Positions 28,490-37,848 of a stretch of DNA of 64,000 nt are shown here, in pieces. Below the pieces are notes generated by a model. That model saw only the letters and a program-made list of their open reading frames with translations. It did no database searches and was not told where the DNA came from. The first letter of the stretch is position 1. Each line of letters begins with the position of its first letter. Origin of the DNA: Candidatus Thorarchaeota archaeon (lineage in GTDB: Archaea > Asgardarchaeota > Thorarchaeia > Thorarchaeales > Thorarchaeaceae); the NCBI GenBank assembly GCA_048882485.1, contig JBHLRP010000011.1, positions 1 through 64,000 of the forward strand, in the 5' to 3' direction. The position numbers were made by a program, and so were the translations under genes.

Positions 28490-30121
28490 ATGTTATCAGG
28501 AGACATTAGACGACGAGCCCTGAGATTCCTGCTTGAGTATGGGATTCTCATAGTTATCTTGGCTGTTGGTCTTTATGTCTGGGTTACGATATTTCAGGCT
28601 GCTGTGGTAGATTATTTGGACTCAGACCATTGGGTCTCCAGACATGTCTGGCTTGGACCTGGCGTGAATCCCGGAGAGTTCGATTTCTTTGGGATAACCC
28701 TCTACTACCAGTTTGAGGGATACAGTGACTATTCCTTTTATTACGTCCATTGGGGCCATAACATGCTAAATGGGGTCCTGCCGTATAGTGGTGACTTTGG
28801 CCAAATTGTTATCGACGGCGTTTCAAATAGGAATGGGGCATACATGTTTCCTCCCTTGACAGTGATTCTATATGCTATCGGAATCATGATTCCTGTCACT
28901 GAGTGGGGGATTGGCCTACTATTGGCTGCCTTTGGGTACCTGACGGTTTTTCCAGTCTACGGTCTTGGAAAGGAACTATCAGGTAACAGACATGTGGGTG
29001 AAGCAGCAGCGTTCACCTATATTCTTGCTCCGAATGTTCTCTATCATACAACTTTTCTCTGGATGAATCCCTCTCCGTTCATTTTCTTCTTTTTCTTTGG
29101 ATTCTACATGCTAGTGATTGGAAAGCGACATCTTGGCACTCTTCTTATAGTAACAGCCGCACTATTCAAACAGACTGCTTGGCTACTTGGAATACCTTTG
29201 GTTGTACATCTCTTAATGAAAGCGCAACCAGTCAAATCAAAGGAAGAAGAGACGCCCTCCAAAACAACCTCGACATCATCGAGCGCGAATGGGACTTCAT
29301 CTGATATACCCAAGCCGCGACTTCTTGATAGCATCATTGACATTTTTAGAGAATATTTCGACCTTCGAGAGTTTGCAGTGAGTGTGCTACTAGTTCTCGG
29401 ATATGCAGGGGCGATAATGTATCCCTTTTTCGTGGCAAATCCCAATCTCTGGAACTTTCTGAGGCTGGCGATGGGCGGGTTCCAGATGGAATCCTTCACT
29501 GAGGTCCCAGGCTATAGTTCCCCTATGCGGCTACAGGTTCTCTTTGTGATTGCAGGACTTCCGGCTCTTGCAGAGATTGTGGACTTCATTGTCTACTCAG
29601 GTGGACTCCTGATTATGGGAGTCTTGATCTTTTGGGGCTTAATGATGCTGGAGAACAAATATGAAGGGAAGAGGCATGTGTATCTACGACGTATTCTCTT
29701 CTTCACCTTGCTTATGATGCTCTGGGTGAATATAGCTGGTCCCAGGGGAGTCTTCAAGTACTACTTTACGATGTTTGCTCCATTCTTCTCTATCTTCTCA
29801 TCTGGTACGATGTGCATGAGTACGGAGGAGAATGTAAAGTTCTCCACATCAATGCTCTGGTTGCCATTCTTGTTCAGCCTCATGATTCTCATTCCTGTTA
29901 GAGCCATTTACCTTGTCTATGTCATCGCTATTTTCATTGGATATCTGATGGCAAAGAGAATAGGCCGCGTATGGTATCTTGCTACATTTCCTGTTCGATT
30001 CGTGAAAAGAAAGATCTCCCCTCGGCTCTACCCATTGAAAGCGCGTCTGAGCCGGCCTAAAAAGAGGATTCTTGACTACGCTTATGGAGATCAGGATATT
30101 GGCGCAGTTACTGAGGGGTAA
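28490..30121 (+). CDS. Polytopic membrane protein, putative GT-C-fold glycosyltransferase (GT87/PIG-M/PMT-like)
   Basis: Many TM segments; EGYSDY loop, PY, YMFPPL, FKQ. Confidence 0.6.
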   Translation: MLSGDIRRRALRFLLEYGILIVILAVGLYVWVTIFQAAVVDYLDSDHWVSRHVWLGPGVNPGEFDFFGITLYYQFEGYSDYSFYYVHWGHNMLNGVLPYSGDFGQIVIDGVSNRNGAYMFPPLTVILYAIGIMIPVTEWGIGLLLAAFGYLTVFPVYGLGKELSGNRHVGEAAAFTYILAPNVLYHTTFLWMNPSPFIFFFFFGFYMLVIGKRHLGTLLIVTAALFKQTAWLLGIPLVVHLLMKAQPVKSKEEETPSKTTSTSSSANGTSSDIPKPRLLDSIIDIFREYFDLREFAVSVLLVLGYAGAIMYPFFVANPNLWNFLRLAMGGFQMESFTEVPGYSSPMRLQVLFVIAGLPALAEIVDFIVYSGGLLIMGVLIFWGLMMLENKYEGKRHVYLRRILFFTLLMMLWVNIAGPRGVFKYYFTMFAPFFSIFSSGTMCMSTEENVKFSTSMLWLPFLFSLMILIPVRAIYLVYVIAIFIGYLMAKRIGRVWYLATFPVRFVKRKISPRLYPLKARLSRPKKRILDYAYGDQDIGAVTEG

Positions 30122-30124
30122 ATC

Positions 30125-31612
30125 ATGAGTGGTCTGGCTATGGCAAGGGATTCTGTAAAAGAGAATCTCAGAAGGCATCGTCTGTTTATCATTGTGCTTC
30201 TATTGGCTGCAGTTGTCTGGATCTGGGTCTTTTCTCAAGCAGCAATACAATTTGTCACTAGCACAACATGGCCTCGAGCAGTATGGAATGGCTATGGTAG
30301 AATCGATCTCTTTGGCTTCCCCATCAGATTTGCATACGAGGGCTGGGCTGACCATGATTATTTCTATCATAGCTGGGCTAATCAGTTCCTAAGTGGTCTT
30401 ATGCCTTATACGCCAGAATTCGATCACTTAATTCAGAATGAGGCAAATTACAATGTCCCGTACTTCTTCCCTCCGCTCTACCTTTATGTCTGTGTTCTTG
30501 GCAAAGTGCTTCAACCAGACTTGGGGATTGGGTTTGTTCTCTCCTTGTTTGGATTCATGACCGCATTTCCTGCCTACGGTATTTCCAACTATCTCTCTGG
30601 GAACAGGAATGTTGGAGCTGTCGCAGCAGCGACCTATCTGCTAAGCCCAATAGTGCTTTATCACACTGCTTTCGAGTGGCTCAACCCTGCTCCCTTCGTT
30701 TTCTTTGCAATGCTATCCTTCTATCTCCTGATGCAAAATAGAAGACTCTCAGGAGTCCTTGCTATGACCACATCGGCGCTTTTCAAGCAGACAGCATTCT
30801 TCTTCGCGCTCCCTCTCATTGCATTCATGTTGAAACGTGCCCCGGAACCTGCTTCTGATGTTGAAGAAAACACAAATGATGAGGGGAAGTCAAAACGCCC
30901 AAAGAGTGACAATCTGGACTTACGGGGATTTGCGATTATGGCACTAGCTGTGTGTACCTATGCAGCAATTCTATCATTGCCATATCTGCTTGACCCACTC
31001 AACTATGGAAATGCAATCTTCTCACGAGCAGGGGCAACTTATCTGGATGACCTCACATCTCCTCCCCCAATGAACTATCCTATAACCCTTGCAGTTCTCT
31101 TCATCATTATTGGAGCGCCTGAGTGGCTGTCTGAACTCATTAATCAGATGACATACTACTCAATCGGGATTGCCATCCCTGTTATACTATTGCTGGTCTT
31201 GATGCTGATGGAGGTAAAGGATGACAGGGACCTTCAATCATACTGGCGGAGGATGCTTTTCATGACCTTGCTCTTGATGCTTTGTGTCCACATATTCTCG
31301 CCGCGTGGAATTTACAAGTACTACACTGTTGTTCTCGTGCCTTTCTTCTCAATTCTATCAACATCCAGTCTATGCCAGAGGTCCTCCGAGAGAGTAAATG
31401 TATCCTTACCCATGTTGTTTGTGCCAATGATATGCGGATTTGTGATAATGGTGCCCTCAAGAGCTGTCTATATGCTTTACCTCATACTCATTCTTGCTGG
31501 ATATGTCGTACACCGGTCATTCTCGGAAGTATATGAATTGGTTGCAGAACCTGCAAGGAAATTGCTTCGTAGGATAAATATTTCGGCACGAAAACGCTTT
31601 GCTACTCAATAA
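30125..31612 (+). CDS. Paralog of the preceding gene, putative GT-C-fold glycosyltransferase
   Basis: EGWADH, PY, YFFPPL, W.NP.PF.FF, FKQTA, PRG.YKYY shared with 28490..30121. Confidence 0.6.
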   Translation: MSGLAMARDSVKENLRRHRLFIIVLLLAAVVWIWVFSQAAIQFVTSTTWPRAVWNGYGRIDLFGFPIRFAYEGWADHDYFYHSWANQFLSGLMPYTPEFDHLIQNEANYNVPYFFPPLYLYVCVLGKVLQPDLGIGFVLSLFGFMTAFPAYGISNYLSGNRNVGAVAAATYLLSPIVLYHTAFEWLNPAPFVFFAMLSFYLLMQNRRLSGVLAMTTSALFKQTAFFFALPLIAFMLKRAPEPASDVEENTNDEGKSKRPKSDNLDLRGFAIMALAVCTYAAILSLPYLLDPLNYGNAIFSRAGATYLDDLTSPPPMNYPITLAVLFIIIGAPEWLSELINQMTYYSIGIAIPVILLLVLMLMEVKDDRDLQSYWRRMLFMTLLLMLCVHIFSPRGIYKYYTVVLVPFFSILSTSSLCQRSSERVNVSLPMLFVPMICGFVIMVPSRAVYMLYLILILAGYVVHRSFSEVYELVAEPARKLLRRINISARKRFATQ

Positions 31613-32771
31613 GCTTCTCTAATTCCTGCCTTTTCTTCTCCAGATTCTCACTCAACCGTGCAAGACGTGTATCAAGTTTCTCAACCTGCTCAGTATAGGT
31701 GTCCTTGGGCATTGCACCAGAGGCGTGTCTCTCCTCTATATGATCCCTTAGCTGCTGTACAGATTTGATTTCCTTCTCTAATGCCTTTGCATCAGCTTCC
31801 ATCTCTGCAGCCTGACTCTCTTCATCCGTTTGAAATTGCCTAGATGGAATCATTACTCCAAGCTGTGACTGAGTCTTTTCAGCGAAATCTTGGAATTGGT
31901 CTCGAAGCATCTCAATGTTCTTCTCTACACTAGTCATCTTCTTGTCCAGTTTGCTGATGTCCTTCTGCAGGTCAAAGACTGCATTGACTAACCTACGCAT
32001 TGTCTTCTCCATCTCAGCGCTGGCCTGCGCAGACACCTTTACCTGCTTCTCTTCTTTTTCTTGTTGGGCTTCTAAAACCTTGCTTGGCTTGGCAGTTCTT
32101 ACCTCTCCGCTCAACCATTTGATTGCATTCACCGCAAAGGCCTTGTTGCCCTGATGTTTTATGCCACCGCCTTTTCTGAACACCTCATAACTACCAACGC
32201 AAAGCACGCGTCCCTTTCCTGACTCTGCAATTGCAATGACTGGCTTATTCGGAGGATCAGCAGTATCGGATGTACTGGCTATTGTTGTCGCCTTAGCCGT
32301 GACATTAAGAGTGCAGCCAGACGGTATGAGGATGTCTTGCACATCTTCAGTCACAGGGTGCGAAAGGATATTGGTAATGATAGGCATTGTTGGAAGGCCC
32401 GCGTTGTTTCTCTCATCACGCACTGCCGTGTTTTCAAAACTGACTCCAAATCCTTTTGAAACCTGACTCAGGTTGTTCATCAAGCCCCGGTCGCCTCCCG
32501 ACAGCGAGAGCAGCAATAGACCACCTCCATTCTTCACATACCGCTTCAGAACATCAATCTCGGCTGGTCTCAGTTTTGAGCTATTTGGACAACCAAACAC
32601 CAAGACATCAGCTTTCTCAAGGTTCTTTGCGAGTATCATGAACTCAGTGTAAGGCTCAACATCGAAGTCATTGTCCTGCAAGAGCTTGGCGAGTTCTGAA
32701 TATGTTGTATCGAGCCTACCCCGTTCATTTTGGGTCTGGTCAAAGAGAACGAGCTTCCTTCTTCCGCTCAA
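31602..32771 (-). CDS. GIFT/DUF4350 (GldG/IFT52-like) domain protein with C-terminal coiled coil
   Basis: VLFDQ...E, DVLVFGCP, EIDVLKRYVKNGGGLLLL, GCTL.V, P.NKPVIA, GRVLCVGS; no signal peptide. Confidence 0.75.
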   Translation of the reverse strand: MSGRRKLVLFDQTQNERGRLDTTYSELAKLLQDNDFDVEPYTEFMILAKNLEKADVLVFGCPNSSKLRPAEIDVLKRYVKNGGGLLLLSLSGGDRGLMNNLSQVSKGFGVSFENTAVRDERNNAGLPTMPIITNILSHPVTEDVQDILIPSGCTLNVTAKATTIASTSDTADPPNKPVIAIAESGKGRVLCVGSYEVFRKGGGIKHQGNKAFAVNAIKWLSGEVRTAKPSKVLEAQQEKEEKQVKVSAQASAEMEKTMRRLVNAVFDLQKDISKLDKKMTSVEKNIEMLRDQFQDFAEKTQSQLGVMIPSRQFQTDEESQAAEMEADAKALEKEIKSVQQLRDHIEERHASGAMPKDTYTEQVEKLDTRLARLSENLEKKRQELEKLIE

Positions 32772-32930
32772 TAGTGTGTCCTCCTGTCTAGAGGTTGTGC
32801 GACGGAATGTGATGATAATAGAGAACTAATGAGAGTTGTGTAGGTGTCATCAGCATACCTTCTCCGCTTCGGAAGACTGAAATCTCACATGGGAATGCAG
32901 ATAGATGGAAAACGAGTCGGAGGTTGAAGA

Positions 32931-33377
32931 ATGTCAGATGACTGTCTGTTCTGCAAAATAGTGAATGGTGAGATTTCCTCCTCAATTATCTTTGAAGATG
33001 ATATATCGATGGCTTTCATGGATATATTTCCCGTCAATAGGGGTCATTGTCTTTTGATTCCCAAACAACACTATGTTAACCTCCTCGATATAGACCTAGG
33101 TGTTCTTGGTGAAGTGAGTAAACGGCTTGCACTACTCACAAGGAAAGTATACAACAGCATAGAGCCAGCGGGGATACTGAATGCAATCACTAATGGCAAG
33201 GGTGCTGGCCAAGAGGTATTCCACATCCATTTTCATGTTATACCCCGAGAGCCTGGCGATGGCTTCGCAACAAGAATGGTACCAGGCACTAATCGCGAGA
33301 TGGCACCTCGAGAGGAGTTGGATGAGTTAGCTAAGCTAATCAGGGAAACCGAGCCTCAAATTGGAGAGATCACTTAA
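32931..33377 (+). CDS. HIT-family nucleotide hydrolase
   Basis: CLFCKI, GHCLLIPKQH, AGQEVFHIHFHVIPR. Confidence 0.95.
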   Translation: MSDDCLFCKIVNGEISSSIIFEDDISMAFMDIFPVNRGHCLLIPKQHYVNLLDIDLGVLGEVSKRLALLTRKVYNSIEPAGILNAITNGKGAGQEVFHIHFHVIPREPGDGFATRMVPGTNREMAPREELDELAKLIRETEPQIGEIT

Positions 33378-33807
33378 TATCCATCAGGTTGAGTCCAGTT
33401 ATCGCATCCTCAGCTCGACGTAGGTCTGCGTCGGTTTCAAAAATCACAAGCTCAATGGTGACTGACACCTCACAACCCTCCATCAGATGACCGCCCCAAC
33501 ATCTCCCATTTTCGTCTGAGACAACCAGATGAGTATGAACCACAATACTATCGTCCTCAAGACGGGAAATGTTGCCTATCCCAGATACTACCTCAAGATC
33601 GCGCTCAATCAGGAAGACCTTGTATTCTCCTGCCTCTCTATCAAAGTACCCAAGCTTCGCCCTTGCTACAGCACCAATTAGTGTAATCTGCCCTGATTTC
33701 ACATTGTGTTCTGACGCAACACGCTCAATTGTCTTTAGAATGTCATCGCCCGGATCCATCCTTGAGATGATGACTCCTTTAAGAGTCGTTTCTATTGACC
33801 GAACCAT
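33370..33807 (-). CDS. PPC/DUF296 domain protein
   Basis: RMDPGDDI, IGAV, EVVSGIGNI, HTHLVVSD, GGHL. Confidence 0.9.
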   Translation of the reverse strand: MVRSIETTLKGVIISRMDPGDDILKTIERVASEHNVKSGQITLIGAVARAKLGYFDREAGEYKVFLIERDLEVVSGIGNISRLEDDSIVVHTHLVVSDENGRCWGGHLMEGCEVSVTIELVIFETDADLRRAEDAITGLNLMDIK

Positions 33808-33898
33808 GCAAGATTTCGACTTATTCCTTCTAATGAAGGGTTCGCTCTGAGTGTTCTTTGGAAGCGCTTATCAGGAGTAACTAGCCCAGATATTGTGA

Positions 33899-36703
33899 GT
33901 GGAACTGGTGAAAGACAAGAGGCCTACTGATGACCAACAGGCATCGCTCGAGGACTTCTTTGCAGCTGATATTGAAGAAGATGAGCCTGAAATAGTAGAG
34001 CCGCCGCAAGATGAACCTCGTAACTCCCTTCCTGACCATCATATAGATGAGTCTGAAGTAGCTGAAGATGATGACCTAGGGACGGAGGATGAGGAGCTTC
34101 CGCCAGATGATACTGTTGAAGTGGTGACTGAAATCAAGGTGGGCGAAAGAGAAACTCCAATCAACTTGCCGCCTTCATACCTTCTCTCTGTAGACTATGC
34201 TGGCACTCAGAGAAAGGCATTTGCTCGATTATATAATCCAGATGATAGGAGAATCTATTTCTGGTTTGACAACACCGGGCACCAACCCTATTGTTACACT
34301 GACTATCCTCCTGCAGAGGCAAAACGGATGATTGGTCGTCATCAGGGATTTGTACGGTCCGAACGTGTCGAACTCACCGACCTTCTACGTGATGAGCAAG
34401 TGAAGATGACCAAGATAATTGCCAGTGACCCTCTCTCAATAGGCGGGTCTGCCGGTGCAATAAGGGAGCGCTTAGTAGATCGTTCTGGCCCAACAAATGT
34501 AAGTCATGCTTGGGAGGCTAATATCCGCTATCGCAACTGCTACACGTATGACACCAATATTGTTTCGGGTCTGCCATATCGGATAGAGGATGGCAATCTT
34601 ATTCCGAGTACTCCAAAACTAGACAAGAGGATGCTCGAGGAATTCAAGAGCACGTTTGAAGATGATAAGGAACTTGAGAAGATAATCACCGAGTATGCCC
34701 CCATGTTCTTCACCGAAGTTCCTGACATTCGAAGGATTGCTTTAGACATAGAAGTGTATACACCAGTGAAGAATAGGATACCTGATGCTCGAACCGCTCC
34801 ATATCCTGTAACAGCTATTGGACTGTCAGATAACGAGGGATATGATAAGTGCTTCATACTGAAGCGGCCGAAGATAAAGGAGGGCACAAAAGGACCGGAT
34901 TATCCAAAAGAGATGGAAATTGCTTACTATGAAGACGAGAAAGAGATGCTTATCGAGGCCTTCAGAATCATTGATGCATACCCTATTGTGCTCACATTTG
35001 TTGGTGACGCGTTTGACTTCCAGTATCTGCATAACCGTGCACAAAAACTAGGAATCAACATGAGCAAGCACTGCCCAATCTATCTTGCAAGAGATTTAGC
35101 GCTCTTGCAAAGAGGTATTCACGTAGACCTATATCGTTTCTTGAAAAACCCGTCAATCCGACTCTATGCGCTTTCTGGAGCATATGAACAATTCAACCTC
35201 GAGTCTATTGCCAAGGGGCTCCTAGGTGTTGGCAAGCTTGATTTAAGTGACGATATTTCCGCGCTCGATTACTTCGAATTAGCTCATTATTGCTGGCGAG
35301 ATGCCAACTTGACTCTTCGCCTAACTACCTTTGATGACAATCTCCTTCTGAGGTTGATAGTGCTACTGATGCGTGTATCCAGGCTATCAATGGAGGACGT
35401 CACCAGGCTATACATCTCATCTTGGATTCAATCATTGTTTAGGCAAGAGCATCGTTCAAAGAACTACATCATTCCACGTAGGATTGACATAGACAGTGTG
35501 AAGTCTGTCGAGGCTCAGACTGAAGCAATGATCAAAGACAAGAGCTTCAAGGGTGCCATTGTGATCGAGCCTGTAGCAGGAGTCCACTTCAACGCTACCG
35601 TGCTCGACTTTGCGAGCCTATATCCAACCATCATGAAACAACACAACATTAGCTACGAAACCATTGACTGTCCTCATGAGTCTTGTCGAAGTAATCCGAA
35701 AAACCGGGTTCCCGAAACAGACCACTGGGTGTGCACTGAACGAAAGGGAATGATTAGCCAGACTATCGGATTCTTCAGAGACACGCGTGTGAAGTGGTTT
35801 AAACCCAAGAGTAAAGACAAAACTCTGAGAGAGCAGACACGAGCCTGGTATGGAGTTGTTGAGAAAGCACTCAAGGTATTTGTCAATGCCGCATACGGTG
35901 TCACTGGCGCTCAGCATTTTGAGCTCTTCTGTATGCCTGCAGCGGAGAGTACTACTGCCTATGGCCGTAATGCAATCATTGAGACCAAGAAGAAGGCGGA
36001 GGAAATGGGAATCCGTGTTCTTTATGGCGACACCGATTCGGTCTTCCTTGATAATCCGAATGAGGAGCAGCAAAAGGAGCTAGTCAAGTGGTCGACAAAA
36101 GCTCTGGGTATTGACCTAGAGGTCGAGAAGACATACAAGTACGTCGCACTGTCGGATAGGAAGAAGAACTACATTGGAGTCTATGAGTCAGGCTACGTTG
36201 AAGTGAAGGGATTAAGTGGAAAGAAGAGAAACACCCCCGACTTCGTTCAAGATGCATTCCGTGAGATGCTTGATGCATTGAGCAAGGTAGACAATTTGGA
36301 AGGCTTTAAGGCTGCTAAGGAAGAGATTCGAGAAATTGTCAACTGTGTCATAGATCGCCTCGAAGGAAAAGCAGATCCATATTCACCTGAAGAGCTAGCC
36401 TTCCGGGTTCAGATTACGAAACGAATTGGGGACTATGGGCTTTCGAAGCCTCAACATGTCCGAGCAGCAGAGATGCTGCAGAGTGCGGGTTTTGATGTAC
36501 CGCCGGGAACAATTGTGGAATATATCAAAATCAAGGGCGGTGATGGGCTTCTCCCTGTCCAGTTGGCAGGTGAAAAGAGCTATTGGCTTGACAAGGATAA
36601 ATACATTGACACGCTGAAAAGTGTCTTTGGCCAAGTTTTAGACTCGGTTGGAATCAACTTCGAGGAATTGCTCGGATTTACAACACTTGACCAGTTCTTC
36701 TGA
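33899..36703 (+). CDS. polB: Family B DNA polymerase (PolB1-like) with acidic N-terminal extension
   Basis: DNTGHQPY, ExoI DIEV, FDF.YL, DFASLYP, KVFVNAAYG, YGDTDS, KKNY, KKRNTP. Confidence 0.95.
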   Translation: MELVKDKRPTDDQQASLEDFFAADIEEDEPEIVEPPQDEPRNSLPDHHIDESEVAEDDDLGTEDEELPPDDTVEVVTEIKVGERETPINLPPSYLLSVDYAGTQRKAFARLYNPDDRRIYFWFDNTGHQPYCYTDYPPAEAKRMIGRHQGFVRSERVELTDLLRDEQVKMTKIIASDPLSIGGSAGAIRERLVDRSGPTNVSHAWEANIRYRNCYTYDTNIVSGLPYRIEDGNLIPSTPKLDKRMLEEFKSTFEDDKELEKIITEYAPMFFTEVPDIRRIALDIEVYTPVKNRIPDARTAPYPVTAIGLSDNEGYDKCFILKRPKIKEGTKGPDYPKEMEIAYYEDEKEMLIEAFRIIDAYPIVLTFVGDAFDFQYLHNRAQKLGINMSKHCPIYLARDLALLQRGIHVDLYRFLKNPSIRLYALSGAYEQFNLESIAKGLLGVGKLDLSDDISALDYFELAHYCWRDANLTLRLTTFDDNLLLRLIVLLMRVSRLSMEDVTRLYISSWIQSLFRQEHRSKNYIIPRRIDIDSVKSVEAQTEAMIKDKSFKGAIVIEPVAGVHFNATVLDFASLYPTIMKQHNISYETIDCPHESCRSNPKNRVPETDHWVCTERKGMISQTIGFFRDTRVKWFKPKSKDKTLREQTRAWYGVVEKALKVFVNAAYGVTGAQHFELFCMPAAESTTAYGRNAIIETKKKAEEMGIRVLYGDTDSVFLDNPNEEQQKELVKWSTKALGIDLEVEKTYKYVALSDRKKNYIGVYESGYVEVKGLSGKKRNTPDFVQDAFREMLDALSKVDNLEGFKAAKEEIREIVNCVIDRLEGKADPYSPEELAFRVQITKRIGDYGLSKPQHVRAAEMLQSAGFDVPPGTIVEYIKIKGGDGLLPVQLAGEKSYWLDKDKYIDTLKSVFGQVLDSVGINFEELLGFTTLDQFF

Positions 36704-36808
36704 AAACTTAAAGGGTGGGAGTCTAATCGAAGAAACTCTTAAAGCATACACAAGCAACAAACGCTAAAGGGAATCTGCAGACTGACCAACGCTAGCGGAG
36801 TTATAAAA

Positions 36809-37840
36809 ATGCTAAACTTCAGGGAATTCTTCATGCAGAAGCTCCTCATCCTTTTGAGGCCATCCGACATCGACATGTCTGCGAAGGACTTTGTTTCTAC
36901 TTACGCCTCCTACATGGACTCTATCGGCATAGTTGGCAAAGGCCCAACAGGCCACGTCATTTACCCAAGCAGAACCGCTCCAGTCGATGCGGAACATACC
37001 CAGCTTTTCGAGGACCTTGTGAGCTTGACAAGTACCCTGGATATTCACACTGTCGCTGGCATGGACTTCTATACAGATGCATGGTTTGCCAAGGACCCGA
37101 AGTATCATACGGTGTCTCCACGAGGCGAACCAATGCCACACCAGATCTGTCCCAACAGAGAGGAATTCTGGCAATATGGTGCTGAAATAGTAGGTGAGCT
37201 TGCAACCTATCCAATCGACGAAATCTTGCTCTTTGGTGCCGGTTTCATTCGCGACCACTTCTGTTTTTGTGAACGCTGCAGGAATGATTTTGCACCAATG
37301 GTGGACCAAGAACCCGCTCGCCTCACTTACGACTATATCATTGAGAATGCTGACTACCATGCGAAATGGCACGAATGGCGCTCAAGCAAGGTGAGTGAGG
37401 GTCTGAAGTATCTACAGGAGGCTGCTCGTGATGCAGATGACAAAGTCGGGAGAGAGAGTCCGCTCAGAATCTCTGTTGAGGTACTGCTTGATCCCGAAAC
37501 CGGTTTCTCTGAGGGCGGCAAGGGTCAGTATGGGTATGATTACTCAAGTATCCTCGAAATCACCGGCAATGTTCTGATCAATATGTATCCTTGGAGTCCA
37601 ATTCTCCCCACAAAAGGCTCGAGTGAATACGACGAATTGATTGAATCACTTTACTACACAAGCGAGTTCCAGCGTCGAGGTGGAACTGCATCACTTTTCC
37701 GTTGGGGCGTGACTACTATTGATCAATTGCGCGAGCTAAAAGAGATTGGAAAGGATGCCAACATAGACCGTATGGTGACGACCTTCAGTTATCCAAGTGA
37801 TTATTCCACTCGACGCGAAAGTGCAATTGGGAGCTACTAG
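36809..37840 (+). CDS. Hypothetical TIM-barrel glycoside-hydrolase-like protein with Cys cluster
   Basis: ICPN..E, YPIDEILL, FCFCERC...F, W.EWR. Confidence 0.45.
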   Translation: MLNFREFFMQKLLILLRPSDIDMSAKDFVSTYASYMDSIGIVGKGPTGHVIYPSRTAPVDAEHTQLFEDLVSLTSTLDIHTVAGMDFYTDAWFAKDPKYHTVSPRGEPMPHQICPNREEFWQYGAEIVGELATYPIDEILLFGAGFIRDHFCFCERCRNDFAPMVDQEPARLTYDYIIENADYHAKWHEWRSSKVSEGLKYLQEAARDADDKVGRESPLRISVEVLLDPETGFSEGGKGQYGYDYSSILEITGNVLINMYPWSPILPTKGSSEYDELIESLYYTSEFQRRGGTASLFRWGVTTIDQLRELKEIGKDANIDRMVTTFSYPSDYSTRRESAIGSY

Positions 37841-37848
37841 TCTTTCTT

